DNA from: Nitrosococcus oceani ATCC 19707
GTDB lineage: Bacteria; Pseudomonadota; Gammaproteobacteria; Nitrosococcales; Nitrosococcaceae
Direction: 5' to 3'
NCBI RefSeq assembly: GCF_000012805.1
Contig: NC_007484.1
Coordinates: 1,260,001-1,292,000 of the forward strand
DNA: 32,000 bases
The notes under the pieces were generated by a model. That model ran no database searches. It was not told the DNA's origin and saw nothing but the letters and a program-made list of their open reading frames with translations. Below are positions 18,464-28,166 of this stretch, piece by piece. Both the position numbers and the translations under genes were made by a program. Position 1 is the stretch's first letter. Each line of letters opens with the position of its first letter.

Positions 18464-18886
18464 TTACAGTAAACGTCGCAAGCAGTCCAAATAGGTTTCT
18501 TCCGAGGGGGGGCTCCCACTACTTTGGGCTTGCCAGAGCATTTGGGCCAAGCATTCCATCATCCGATGCTCGGCTTGGTGGAGATCGGGGGAGCGGGCGA
18601 CAAGCATTTGGTAGGTTTTCCGAATGCCGGGAGGACGATCCACCTGAATTTGCTCCTGAAGCGAGATATGTAAGGCCATGTGTAAAAAAGGATTTTCTTG
18701 TCCATTTTGACTAGAAAACTCTTGTTGTAAGGACTCCTCGTGGTCGAGGAAAGGATGATATTCTGGGTGCTGATCAATGACTTTTTCCATCAGCGCCTCC
18801 AGGGGAGAGAGGGGTTCTTTCGCCCGCTGTTTTTTCCGTACTTCCAGGAAGACTTGCCGCATCTGTTGCCGATCTTGACTATACAT
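18464..18886 (-). CDS. DUF1841 family protein
   Basis: 140 aa. HPEYHPFL..., NPFLHMALHISLQEQIQVDRPPGIRKTY and AEHRMMECLAQMLW match my recollection of DUF1841. Confidence 0.75.
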   Translation of the reverse strand: MYSQDRQQMRQVFLEVRKKQRAKEPLSPLEALMEKVIDQHPEYHPFLDHEESLQQEFSSQNGQENPFLHMALHISLQEQIQVDRPPGIRKTYQMLVARSPDLHQAEHRMMECLAQMLWQAQSSGSPPSEETYLDCLRRLL

Positions 18887-18892
18887 GGCTGC

Positions 18893-19564
18893 TTAGCTCG
18901 CTGTTTTTTTTAATCCACGGGATTTTTCCTTTGCTATCTTTGAATAATAGTCACACAAATCGTTGATCAAACATTCCTGGCAGCGGGGATTGCGGGCGGT
19001 GCATACGTAGCGGCCATGGAGAATGAGCCAGTGATGGGCGTCGTGCAGAAATTCATCGGGGACCACGCGGGTTAGGGTATCCTCCACTTGGCGCGGTGTT
19101 TTACCGGAGGCCAGGCCGATGCGGTTAGCCACCCGGAAAATGTGGGTGTCCACGGCAATGGTGGGTTGGCCAAAAGCGGTGTTAAGCATGACATTCGCGG
19201 TTTTTCGTCCCACTCCGGCTAGGGCTTCTAAGGCAACCCGATCACTAGGCACTTGGCCACCATGCTGTTCGAGTAAAAGACGACACGTTTGGAGAATATT
19301 TTTGGCTTTGCTGTTAAACAGGCCAATAGTTTTAATGTAATGCTTTAAGCCTTCTTCTCCCAGATCCAGAATCGCTTGGGGAGTATTAGCTACTGGAAAA
19401 AGCTGAGCGGTGGCCTTATTGACCCCTTTATCGGTGGCTTGGGCGGACAAGATGACCGCAATAAGGAGTTCAAAGGGAGTTTGGTGCTTCAACTCCGTAG
19501 TAGGTTTGGGATTGGCCGCCTGAAAGCGGGAGAATATTTCCTGGATTTCTGCGTTTTTTTTCAT
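18893..19564 (-). CDS. nth: endonuclease III (DNA glycosylase/AP lyase)
   Basis: HhH-GPD motif LEALAGVGRKTANVMLN, and a [4Fe-4S] loop C-x6-C-x2-C-x5-C (CTARNPRCQECLINDLC). I prefer the MKKNAEIQEIF start (19564) to the track start at 19603, which would overlap rnfE. Confidence 0.9.
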   Translation of the reverse strand: MKKNAEIQEIFSRFQAANPKPTTELKHQTPFELLIAVILSAQATDKGVNKATAQLFPVANTPQAILDLGEEGLKHYIKTIGLFNSKAKNILQTCRLLLEQHGGQVPSDRVALEALAGVGRKTANVMLNTAFGQPTIAVDTHIFRVANRIGLASGKTPRQVEDTLTRVVPDEFLHDAHHWLILHGRYVCTARNPRCQECLINDLCDYYSKIAKEKSRGLKKTAS

Positions 19565-19580
19565 GCTGGGGCGGGCATTT

Positions 19581-20291
19581 TTAAATGCGCTCGGGCAAGA
19601 CATCTATTGGTTTGGTGGCATAGCTTTTTTGGACAGCGGTCCGTTGGGCTAGGCGGCGGTCAATCATATTTTTCAGGGCGATCAACAGTCCGAGGCCAAT
19701 AAAAGCCCCTGGTGGCAGGATGGCTAGCAAAAAACCCCGATAGTCTTCTACGAGGGTCAGTTTCAGATCCCGGGCGGCTTCGCCGAACATGAGATGGGCT
19801 TGATCCAGCAAGGTGCCCTGGCCCAGCGCTTCCCGCAGCCCGCCCAGGAGCATCAACACCAGGGTAAAGCCCAGGCCCATCATGAGACCATCGGTAAAGG
19901 CCCGTCCCACCTTTTGCCGGGAAGCGAAGGCTTCAGCGCGGCCGATAATAGCGCAATTGGTTACGATAAGCGGAATAAAAATGCCTAAAACTTTATATAA
20001 ATCGTAAAAATAGGCATTCATCAACAGCTCGATAGTGGTAACGATGGAGGCGATGATCAGCACGAATACAGGCAGGCGCACTTCCTTGGGAACCCAGTGG
20101 CGGATGAGAGCCACCAGGCTGTTGGAGGCTACTAGGGTCAGCAAGGTAGCCAGACCCAGACCCAGACCGTTGATCACGGTTCCGGTGACTGCCAGCAGGG
20201 GACAGAGGCCCAGCAACTGCACTAAGGCGACATTGTTATTCCATAAACCGGCGCGGCTGATTTGGCTGTAGCTAACGGGGGGGGGTGCCAT
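19581..20291 (-). CDS. rnfE: Rnf/Rsx electron-transport complex subunit E
   Basis: 236 aa, polytopic. [22 protein letters not shown] and [12 protein letters not shown] are RnfE-type motifs. Confidence 0.9.
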   Translation of the reverse strand: MAPPPVSYSQISRAGLWNNNVALVQLLGLCPLLAVTGTVINGLGLGLATLLTLVASNSLVALIRHWVPKEVRLPVFVLIIASIVTTIELLMNAYFYDLYKVLGIFIPLIVTNCAIIGRAEAFASRQKVGRAFTDGLMMGLGFTLVLMLLGGLREALGQGTLLDQAHLMFGEAARDLKLTLVEDYRGFLLAILPPGAFIGLGLLIALKNMIDRRLAQRTAVQKSYATKPIDVLPERI

Positions 20292-20904
20292 TTAAGTTTT
20301 TCTCCTTCTCTGCAAAGAGCCTATCCCGATGGTTCTTAAAATATCTCAGGGTGTTACGGACAGTTTTGACGATGGTCCGGGGTGTGATAGTAGCTCCGGT
20401 AAACTGATCGAAGATGCCGCCATCCCGCTTGACTTGCCACTTCGATTCCGGGGGAGCGCCGAGAGAGAGGCCAGTAAAGCCTAAAATCCACGAGGATTTT
20501 TCTTCCTCGATTTCATCTCCCAGCCCAGGGGTTTCTTTATGGGAAACGACCCGTACTCCTGTCAGACTCCCATCGTAGCGGATTCCCACCAGCAGCTTAA
20601 TTGCTCCATTATAACCTTCCGGCGCCACGGCCGTGAGAATTACAGCCACTGGTCGGCCGTCTTGGCGGGCCCGGTAAGCCAGCAAAGGTTCTTCCGTTCC
20701 CAGCAGAGCCGGGGCTGTTATAGGGAGTGTATCTTCTAGAATGGGATTATTGTAGGCCGCCGGGGGCAGGACCGCCGCAATAGCCTGCTGTAAAGCTGCC
20801 CGTTCATTGGCGGCGATTTGCTCTTGGGTAAATGTTTCCGTCATTGCCACGATGCCAGTTCCGGCTACCGCGAATAGGCCGAGCAGCAGGCCGGCGCGGA
20901 GCAT
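20272..20904 (-). CDS. rnfG: Rnf complex subunit G (FMN-binding)
   Basis: Start chosen at [15 protein letters not shown] (20904, with GAAGGGA upstream). It has an N-terminal anchor, ETPGLGD and the FMN-attachment-type motif FTGATITPR. Confidence 0.85.
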   Translation of the reverse strand: MLRAGLLLGLFAVAGTGIVAMTETFTQEQIAANERAALQQAIAAVLPPAAYNNPILEDTLPITAPALLGTEEPLLAYRARQDGRPVAVILTAVAPEGYNGAIKLLVGIRYDGSLTGVRVVSHKETPGLGDEIEEEKSSWILGFTGLSLGAPPESKWQVKRDGGIFDQFTGATITPRTIVKTVRNTLRYFKNHRDRLFAEKEKNLNGTPPR

Positions 20905-20923
20905 AGCGCTATTTCCCTTCACT

Positions 20924-21961
20924 TTAATGACGGTTATGGCCAAAGACCCGGGGCGGGGTGTAATAATCAATAAGGGGAACGGTCATATTCATGAGCAGCA
21001 CCGCAAAGGCGACGCCATCCGGGTAACCGCCCCAGGTGCGAATGATATAGGTCAGACAGCCGACTCCCGCTCCGTAAAACAAACGGCCCCTGGGAGTAGC
21101 GGCGGCGGTGACTGGATCCGTAGCGATAAAAAAGGCGCCTAGCAAAACGCCGCCGCTAACCAGGTGAAAGAGAGCAGAGGGATAGCCGGCAGGATTCAGC
21201 CATTGGAAGCAGAGGGCCAAGATTAGCAGGCTGCCTAGCATGGCAAGGGGAATATGCCAGCTGATCACCCGCTTATAGAGAAGCCAAAGCCCCCCGAGGA
21301 GAAAGCCGGCGTTGATCCACTCCCAGCCCTGGCCTCCTACGATGCCAAACAAGGGCTGGACACGGATTTCCGCCATGGGTTGGCCGAGCCCCAGCTGAGT
21401 TTTGGCATAATCTAGGGGCGTGGCCCCGGAGAGGGCGTCAATTGTCATTCCTTGGACGGCGGTGGCGCCAGTAAAGACTAATTCCAGGCTTTCCTGTAAT
21501 CCCACCGTGTGAGTTGCTAACTCCCGCGCTGGTAACCAGGCAGTCATTTCCTTGGGAAAGGAGATCAGCAGCAGCACGTAGCCCACCATGGCGGGATTGA
21601 AGGGATTATAGCCTAATCCTCCATAAAGATGCTTGGCGAAAATAAGAGCGAAAGCAGCGCCAATAACAGGTACCCACCAGGGCGCAAGGGGGGGGAGGCA
21701 GAGGGCTAGCAGTACAGCGGTCACTACCGCGCTGCCATCGGTCAAAAAAAGGCCGAGAGGTTGCCCTCGGGCTCTCAACATGAGGGCCTCGCTAGCCAAA
21801 GCGGTAGTGACGGCAAGGGCAATGTTGATGAGTACGCCGTAACCAAAATACCAGCTATAGGCGGCGATGCCTGGCAGCAAGGCCAGAATGACCTGGAACA
21901 TAAGCTGAGAGACGCCGTTTTTCTGGTGGAGATGGGGCGAGCTAAAGAGCGAAAATTGCAT
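20924..21961 (-). CDS. rnfD: Rnf complex subunit D
   Basis: 345 aa, polytopic. The SGATPLD motif (covalent FMN threonine region) and FIATDPVTAA are present. Confidence 0.9.
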   Translation of the reverse strand: MQFSLFSSPHLHQKNGVSQLMFQVILALLPGIAAYSWYFGYGVLINIALAVTTALASEALMLRARGQPLGLFLTDGSAVVTAVLLALCLPPLAPWWVPVIGAAFALIFAKHLYGGLGYNPFNPAMVGYVLLLISFPKEMTAWLPARELATHTVGLQESLELVFTGATAVQGMTIDALSGATPLDYAKTQLGLGQPMAEIRVQPLFGIVGGQGWEWINAGFLLGGLWLLYKRVISWHIPLAMLGSLLILALCFQWLNPAGYPSALFHLVSGGVLLGAFFIATDPVTAAATPRGRLFYGAGVGCLTYIIRTWGGYPDGVAFAVLLMNMTVPLIDYYTPPRVFGHNRH

Positions 21962-21995
21962 GGATAAAGATGGATACGTGAGGTTACCGGAGGTG

Positions 21996-23543
21996 CTATG
22001 GTGAAGAAAAGGGTTCGTCTTCCGCCGTTTTTTGGGCGGCGCGTTTAGCCTGGGATCGCTCTACCGCCGCTTGAATGGCAGCCTGCTTCTCCGCCTTGCT
22101 GGCCGAGGGAGTGACAGGGGCCTTTCTGGCTCGTTGCCGGGCCGCTTTTTGTTGCTGCTCCCGTGCTAGCCGTTGCTGCCGGAATTCATGGCGCTGGCGG
22201 GCCAGGTCGGCCTTTTCTCGCTCTTGTTCCTGGGTCCAGATCTCGCTTTTAGCATAACGGTAATACTGGACCAAGGGAATGTGGCTAGGACAGACGTAGG
22301 CGCAGCAACCGCATTCAATGCAATCAAAAAGGTGATAGTCTTGGGTTTTATCTAACTCTTTGGCTCGGGCATGCCAATAGAGTTGTTGGGGAAGCAGTCC
22401 TACAGGACAGGCTTCCACGCAAGCACCGCAGCGAATACAAGGCATGGCCGGGGGTTGCCGGGTGTCTTCATGGAGCCCCGCTAATAGGCAGTTGGTAGTT
22501 TTGATAACTGGCGCCCCGTCATCGTGGAGAGTAAAACCCATCATGGGGCCGCCCATGATGAGGCGGTCAATGCTTTGAATATTCGCACCTTGTTGCGCTA
22601 ATAGATGGCGAATGGGCGTGCCCAGCAAAACTTCTAAATTACCGGGGTGGGCCACAGCCTTGCCGGCCACGGTCATGATCCGGGAGAGAAGGGGTTCACC
22701 CCGGTGAATAGCCCGGTAAACAGCCGCCGCGGTGCCTACGTTGTGGCAAACGACGCCGATATCAATAGGCAGGCCATTGCTGGGGACTTCCTGCCCAGTC
22801 AAAACCTTAATGAGCTGTTTCTCGCCTCCGGCGGGGTAGCGGGTTGGAATCGGCACCACCTCGATCCCCTCGGCCGCAGCGGCAGCAAGAACTGTACAGG
22901 CTTCAGGTTTATCGTCCTCAATGCCAATCAGGCAATGGTAGGCATTGAGGGCATGAGCCATGATGGCGGCCCCCTGGATAATCTCCTCGGCCCGCTCCCG
23001 CATAAGCGCTTCATCGCAGGTGATATAAGGCTCACACTCGGCGCCGTTGAGAATTAATGTCTTGACCTTGGGTTGGGGACCGGGATTGAGCTTGATAAAG
23101 GTGGGAAAACCAGCCCCCCCCAGTCCCACGATCCCCGCCTGGCGAATCAGGTTACGTAGATGGCTAGGATCAATCTGTCGATAGTTTTCCACCGGATGGC
23201 GTTCGCCCCAGGCGTCCTTGCCATCGGTTTCGATGACAATGCAAGGAGCGCTGAGACCGGAAGGATGGGGAATTGGCCGGTTCTCTAACGCTACTACTTG
23301 GCCGGAGCTGGAAGCATGTACCGGGGCGCTGAGATAGCCTTGAGCCGTGGCGATCACTTGACCCTTCAGTACCTGATCACCAATGCTAACCATAGGTTCC
23401 GCCGCTTCACCAATGTGCTGTTGCAGAGGCAGTACCAGTCGTTTTGGCAGGGCGGCCTGAACGATGGGCATTGGCGTGGAGGGGTTTTTATGGCCAGGAA
23501 GTTTCAGGCCACCGGAGAATGACCATAGCCGGCGAGTTTTCAT
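21996..23543 (-). CDS. rnfC: Rnf complex subunit C
   Basis: Start MKTRRLWSF at 23543 overlaps the rnfB stop (ATGA). It has GLGGAGFPT and two ferredoxin motifs, [12 protein letters not shown] and [12 protein letters not shown], plus a K/A/Q-rich low-complexity tail. Confidence 0.9.
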   Translation of the reverse strand: MKTRRLWSFSGGLKLPGHKNPSTPMPIVQAALPKRLVLPLQQHIGEAAEPMVSIGDQVLKGQVIATAQGYLSAPVHASSSGQVVALENRPIPHPSGLSAPCIVIETDGKDAWGERHPVENYRQIDPSHLRNLIRQAGIVGLGGAGFPTFIKLNPGPQPKVKTLILNGAECEPYITCDEALMRERAEEIIQGAAIMAHALNAYHCLIGIEDDKPEACTVLAAAAAEGIEVVPIPTRYPAGGEKQLIKVLTGQEVPSNGLPIDIGVVCHNVGTAAAVYRAIHRGEPLLSRIMTVAGKAVAHPGNLEVLLGTPIRHLLAQQGANIQSIDRLIMGGPMMGFTLHDDGAPVIKTTNCLLAGLHEDTRQPPAMPCIRCGACVEACPVGLLPQQLYWHARAKELDKTQDYHLFDCIECGCCAYVCPSHIPLVQYYRYAKSEIWTQEQEREKADLARQRHEFRQQRLAREQQQKAARQRARKAPVTPSASKAEKQAAIQAAVERSQAKRAAQKTAEDEPFSSP

Positions 23544-24169
23544 AAAGATCGTTCTTCCTGAAAGCAAATGGCTTCTGGCAGGCGCGGTTTATCGATCCCT
23601 TCTATTTGTTTGTGGGCAGCAATAGGCAATGGAGGGTGGGTAGTTTCAGGGAAGGGCCACTTCCAGGTCCCCGGTTCAGGAGCAACGGGAACCATCTCAA
23701 TGCAATCCACGGGGCAGGGAGCGACGCACAGTTCACAGCCGGTGCATTCCGCCGTAATGACGGTATGAAGTTGTTTGGGCGCGCCCAGAATGGCGTCTAC
23801 CGGGCAGGCCTGAATACAGAGGGTGCAGCCAATACAGCGGTTCTCATCAATGACTGCTAGGGCTTTGAGTTTTTCCTGCCGCTCCGGGTCTAGAGGCTTG
23901 GGCTCTTGTCCTAGTAGATCCGCTAGGGCAAGGATGGTTGCCTCTCCTCCTGGTGGGCAGCGGTTGATATCCGCTTCATCGGCGGCAATGGCTTGGGCGT
24001 AGGGACGGCAGCCAGGGTAACCACACTGACCGCACTGGGTTTGGGGCAAGAGCGCATCGATTTGTTCTACTACCGGATCGCCATCCACCTTAAAACGCAA
24101 GTTGGCGTATCCCAACAGAAGGCCAAACAATGCCGCTAAGGCGGACAGCGCCAAAATTGCAACCAGCAT
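23540..24169 (-). CDS. rnfB: Rnf complex subunit B
   Basis: 209 aa with an N-terminal TM helix, [13 protein letters not shown], and two 4Fe-4S motifs [12 protein letters not shown] and [12 protein letters not shown]. Confidence 0.9.
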   Translation of the reverse strand: MLVAILALSALAALFGLLLGYANLRFKVDGDPVVEQIDALLPQTQCGQCGYPGCRPYAQAIAADEADINRCPPGGEATILALADLLGQEPKPLDPERQEKLKALAVIDENRCIGCTLCIQACPVDAILGAPKQLHTVITAECTGCELCVAPCPVDCIEMVPVAPEPGTWKWPFPETTHPPLPIAAHKQIEGIDKPRLPEAICFQEERSL

Positions 24170-24468
24170 GGGATTATCCTTTCAGTACGGTATAAAATCT
24201 GAATACGGTAGTATTGATAACAGGTCAAGATGTTCGCATAAGCAGTGGGGGTGAGGATACGTATGTACGCTAAACAAGAGCGTATAATGCTCCCCCGCTA
24301 GCTTACTGGTTAGATTACCAATTTAAGCGTTTTCTGTCGTAGCATCAAGCCCGCCTCGAGCGTTTAGTATGGTTAGGGGGCACCAGAAGAGTATCCGGTT
24401 CAAGTATCCTTACGGTTTTCCTGAGAGTATTGGGGCAGCAGTGAGCGGAAAGTATTTTTGCTTAAAAT

Positions 24469-26238
24469 TTAAAATGACCATATTTGGGGAGCGATAAAAA
24501 CGGTCATACTCCATACTAAGAAATTAAGAGGAAGGCCGATACGAAGGTAATCGGTAAAATGATAGCCGCCAGGGCCATACACCATTAAATTAGTTTGATA
24601 GCCTATCGGGGTTGCAAAGCTGGCCGAGGCAGCGACCATGATGGAAATGGCAAAGGGCGTGAAATTAACCCCAAGGCTATCGGCGGCCGCCAAGGCAATA
24701 GGGAACATGAGTACGGCGGCGGCATTGTTGGTGATGAGTTCCGTCATGAGGGCGGTGAGAAAATGCACTGCGGCAAGCACTCCCCACGGGTTATCGCCAA
24801 TAAGTTTTAGTACGATATGAGCAATATGTGCAGCGGCGCCGGTATTTTGCAATGCTTGGCCAAGGGCAAGGGAGGCTGCGATGACGATAAGCACCTGCCA
24901 ATCTACGCTGCGGCGTGCGGTTGCGATTTGAAGGCAGCCCGTTGCAAGCATGAGGCCGGCGGCGGTAAGAGCGGCCTCTAGCAAGCTAAGCCATTGTAAA
25001 GTAACGACTATTACCATAAGTGCCAGGACGATAAGGGCTATCCAGGCCCGGTCATGACGGGGCGGGTTGGAGTCGGCAACTTCACTGACTAGGAAAAAAT
25101 CCCGTGAGTTGCGTTGCTGCTCTAAAAAGGAAGGGCGAGTTTCTAGAAGCAGCGTATCCCCAGGCTGCAGGATGATATCGCCAATCTTGCCTCTTATTCT
25201 TTCCCCATTACGAGCCGCGGCAATGACGACTGCATTATAGACACTGCGGAATTGGCCTGCGCGGATAGTGGTTCCAATCAAGCGGCAGGTATTGGACACT
25301 ACCGCCTCAATCAGGCAGCGTTCGGCACGGGGTGAATCGAGTTTGAACACCTGCTCAGTTGCGGGCATTAACCCGCGAATCTTTTGTAGATCTTTGACCG
25401 TATCAATAATTCCCACAAAGACTAATCGATCATGGGGCTGGAGCTTCTCGTTGGGCCGTACTGCTGGGATTATCTGATTTTGACGGTTGATTTCGACGAG
25501 GTACATGCCCGGCAAATTACGTAGGCCCGCGTCCTCAATCGTCCGCCCCACGAGGGGGCTGTTGGGCTGGAGCAGCATTTCTAGGGTATATTCCCGCGGA
25601 TCGTTCCAGTGGCTGAAGACGGGCTTCCGATCAGGGAGTAGCCAACGTCCGAATAGGAGTACATAAATAATTCCTATTATTGCAACGGGCAGTCCCACCC
25701 AAGCAATGGCAAATAAGCCTAGTTCTGCCTGCCCGGTTTGCTCGATTAACAGGCTATTAACGACTAAATTAGTACTGGTGCCGATGAGGGTGCAAGTTCC
25801 TCCTAAAATAGCCGCATAACTTAGGGGAATCATTAGTTTTGAGGTGGAGAGACGATGCCGGCGGGCAAAATCGGTGATGGCTGGGATGAGCATGGCCACC
25901 ACGGGGGTATTGTTCATAAAAGCGCTTATGGCAACGGTGGGCCCCATAATCCGGGCTTGCAGCCGAACTAACGAACGTCCATTGCCCAATAGGTGGTGAG
26001 CCAGCCAATCGATACTGCCGGTTTCACGCAGGCCCACGGCGACGATAAATAATACCCCTACCGTCGCCATTGCGGGATTGGATAGACCGGCTAATGCTTC
26101 TTCAGGGGTAAGCACGCCACTGAATAACAGCAAGGTTACTCCACCGACCACAATAACGTCAGGAGGTTTGCGGGTGAATATTAATAGTCCCAGGATAAGG
26201 ACGATAACGCCTAGGGTCAGCCACGCTTCAGGACTCAT
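24469..26238 (-). CDS. SLC13/DASS-family anion permease with two central TrkA-C (RCK_C) domains
   Basis: 589 aa. Hydrophobic N- and C-terminal halves flank two soluble repeats (LQPNSPLVGRTIEDAGLR...DRLVFVG and VSNTCRLIGTTIRAG...GDTLLLE), the layout of YfbS-like transporters. Confidence 0.85.
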   Translation of the reverse strand: MSPEAWLTLGVIVLILGLLIFTRKPPDVIVVGGVTLLLFSGVLTPEEALAGLSNPAMATVGVLFIVAVGLRETGSIDWLAHHLLGNGRSLVRLQARIMGPTVAISAFMNNTPVVAMLIPAITDFARRHRLSTSKLMIPLSYAAILGGTCTLIGTSTNLVVNSLLIEQTGQAELGLFAIAWVGLPVAIIGIIYVLLFGRWLLPDRKPVFSHWNDPREYTLEMLLQPNSPLVGRTIEDAGLRNLPGMYLVEINRQNQIIPAVRPNEKLQPHDRLVFVGIIDTVKDLQKIRGLMPATEQVFKLDSPRAERCLIEAVVSNTCRLIGTTIRAGQFRSVYNAVVIAAARNGERIRGKIGDIILQPGDTLLLETRPSFLEQQRNSRDFFLVSEVADSNPPRHDRAWIALIVLALMVIVVTLQWLSLLEAALTAAGLMLATGCLQIATARRSVDWQVLIVIAASLALGQALQNTGAAAHIAHIVLKLIGDNPWGVLAAVHFLTALMTELITNNAAAVLMFPIALAAADSLGVNFTPFAISIMVAASASFATPIGYQTNLMVYGPGGYHFTDYLRIGLPLNFLVWSMTVFIAPQIWSF

Positions 26239-26311
26239 TGATTTAAAACCGCCAGAGGTAGGGGGTACGTTGGCTGTTTAAATAGTGCCAGGTAGGCATT
26301 TTTCTAGTGTT

Positions 26312-26500
26312 TTATTCATCATCCCGTAAAGTTTCTAGATGTAGTAATTTTCCATTCTCGTCCACCTTGAGGTGAAAGAGAATAGGATGACAACAAAGGG
26401 TACAATCCTCATAGTAAGTTTGATTTCCAGCTGAACAGTCTGCCACGGTTTCAAATCTGGTCCCACAGTAGGGGCAAAGGACGGTTACTGGTTCAGTCAT
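26312..26500 (-). CDS. CPXCG-motif cysteine-rich small protein
   Basis: 62 aa with the CPYCG ... CTLCCHP arrangement. Confidence 0.75.
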   Translation of the reverse strand: MTEPVTVLCPYCGTRFETVADCSAGNQTYYEDCTLCCHPILFHLKVDENGKLLHLETLRDDE

Positions 26501-26537
26501 AGGGAGTTCTTAAAATTTAATGAATACTAAATTACTA

Positions 26538-26554
26538 GGACTACTCAGTAGTCC
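26538..26554. other. perfect hairpin GGACTAC-tca-GTAGTCC, followed by an imperfect second one (AGTCCGG-ctaaat-CCGGGCT)
   Basis: Read directly from the sequence. It lies between the CPXCG gene start and the IS remnant. Confidence 0.4.
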
Positions 26555-26637
26555 GGCTAAATCCGGGCTCGGATTATACTAACAGCCCATTATTTTACCA
26601 AACAGGGCGTAAAGCATTGCCCACTCGGGGGGGTGAT

Positions 26638-27190
26638 ACCTGCCTGCAGCAGGCAGGTAAGCGCGGACCGGTCAGCGGTGCTAGGTTGCTAGGGCCATCA
26701 ACCCCTGATACATTTCCAGTGTGACAAAGCGGGCCTATTAAAGAGCGGTTCTACCCCACCCCTGAGCAGGCTGAGCTCTTAGCGATGCCATCCATAAAGC
26801 GACCCGCACGCTGGTCAACGAAAACCAAGTGCTGTGTCTCGAGTCGCTCAATATCACCGGCCTGCTCAAGAACCGGCCTCTGGCCAAGGCCATCAGCGAT
26901 GCGGGCTGGGGTGAGTTCGTGCGCCAGCTTGGCTACAAGGCCGAGTGGGCGGGACGGCAACTGGTGAAAGTGAGCCGGTGGCTGCCGAGCAGCAAGATAT
27001 GCCACGGCTGTGAGCACAAGGTCGAGAGGCTGGCGCTCTCGCAGCGCTGCTGGCACTGCGCGAGCTGCGGCCAGGTCATTGACCGCGATATCAATGCAGC
27101 CAGAAATATCCGAACCGCCGGTCAGGGAGTTGCCTGAGAGGATTAAGAAACAGTTAAAAAGAATTGCAGAACGTTCTCAGGCTTCTCCCA
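26638..27190 (+). mobile_element. internally deleted IS200/IS605-family (tnpB-only) element remnant with a retained left-side hairpin and tnpB 3' end
   Basis: 21-nt palindrome ACCTGCCTGC-a-GCAGGCAGGT (26638-26658). Next comes the tnpB N-terminal signature ..KERFYPTPEQAELLA (~26740-26784), joined out of frame to the last ~120 codons of tnpB. The right boundary is approximate. Confidence 0.6.
26725..27137 (+). pseudogene. tnpB: tnpB (IS605 OrfB / OMEGA nuclease) remnant: ~20 N-terminal codons fused out of frame to the C-terminal RuvC-II/III + zinc-finger region
   Basis: The frame is open over 26775-27137: ALSDAIHKATRTLVNENQVLCLESLNITGLLKNRPLAKAISDAGWGEFVRQLGYKAEWAGRQLVKVSRWLPSSKICHGCEH...CWHCASCGQVIDRDINAARNI. 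This carries the catalytic E, the CxxC...CxxC finger and the RDxNAA motif. Confidence 0.8.
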
Positions 27191-27589
27191 AGTAGTGATG
27201 AGCCGCTTAGTGAAGGGAGGTTTAAGAGGCCAAATGCTTTTCTCGCGGTCCGTCAGGTGGCGGTATTTTCCCTGGAGATTGTCGGTAAGGACTGTCCCGG
27301 ATTAAGCAGCCAAGATCTGCGTGGGGCATTCGCTGCCTTGGCCGCAGGTGCTGATGTGGTTTTAGGACCCGCTGAGGATGGTGGTTATGTCCTTATCGGA
27401 GTACGCTGCTGTAGCTGGCAGTTATTCTCTGGGATATGCTGGGGAAGCGATCAGATGCTACAGTAGACGCAAACCCGCTTGCAAATGCTCAATTGGCAGG
27501 GGAAGGAATTAGCGCCGCGATGGGATGGGGATCGTCCTGGCGATCTGGAAAGGATAAAACAGGTATACTCTGGTCTCCTAGTTATATAA
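27164..27589 (+). pseudogene. DUF2064 / TIGR04282-type glycosyltransferase-like gene, N-terminally truncated and carrying an in-frame TAG
   Basis: ..GKDCPGLSSQDLRGAFAALAAGADVVLGPAEDGGYVLIGV...LFSGICWGSDQMLQ is followed by TAG (27464-27466). The same frame continues TQTRLQMLNWQGKELAPRWDGDRPGDLERI. GxDCP, PAxDGGY and WDxDRPxDL are family motifs, and the N-terminal ~half is missing. Confidence 0.65.
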
Positions 27590-27760
27590 GGTGTGGAGTA
27601 ATATCCCTGCAAGATTTTTCTGAAGACGTAAAGGCGGCGAGTTGATATTAACGCAGTTCTTTATACCCTTTCTCCTTTAATTTGTGGCAATATGTGCGAT
27701 TGCTGGAGAGGATCTTTCCCGGTCCGGTTTCAAGATGACGAATGTTTCAAGGGAGAATAT

Positions 27761-28153
27761 ATGAAGTATAGAAATGTTTTTGGCCTTGTTTTTCTCTTGC
27801 TCGGCTGCGTTTTTATAAGTGCTGCGGCGTATGCGGAGCCTGTCGTTAAAGACCGCTCGGATATTGCCGGAACCTGGGCATTAGAAATGACTGCGCCAAA
27901 GAAAGATGGGAAAAATAGCAATAAAGAAGTATCAACCTGGGATTTTCATGCTGATGGAACAGTGGTGATTTCGGGCTACAATAAATTTCTTAAAAAAGAT
28001 ACCGAGTTTACTAAATCGTATGAAATTGTTGAGGACTCCGTGATTCATATCAAAGATAATTTAGGAACGAATAAATACCGGGTAGTCGAAAAAGGCAATA
28101 GTGATATGATTCTCAAAGGGCCTTACGGGTACTATTTTTTCGAGAAGAATTAG
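27761..28153 (+). CDS. small exported protein of unknown function (signal peptide, beta-rich)
   Basis: 130 aa from ATG 27761, with AGGGAG 8 nt upstream. The signal peptide is MKYRNVFGLVFLLLGCVFISAAAYA. The local context is AT-rich. Confidence 0.65.
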   Translation: MKYRNVFGLVFLLLGCVFISAAAYAEPVVKDRSDIAGTWALEMTAPKKDGKNSNKEVSTWDFHADGTVVISGYNKFLKKDTEFTKSYEIVEDSVIHIKDNLGTNKYRVVEKGNSDMILKGPYGYYFFEKN

Positions 28154-28166
28154 AGGTTAATTAAGG

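Noticed and set aside
24170-24468. A decayed rnfA remnant or a clear sigma70 promoter upstream of rnfB.
   Set aside because: Reverse-strand translation shows no RnfA-like hydrophobic segments. The best promoter candidate (TTGACC, a 17-nt spacer, TATTCA) has a poor -10, so I do not call it.
27467-27482. PurR-box-like ACGCAAACCCGCTTGC.
   Set aside because: The central GTTT of the PurR operator is missing. The site lies inside the DUF2064 pseudogene, 3 kb from purMN and on the wrong side of it.
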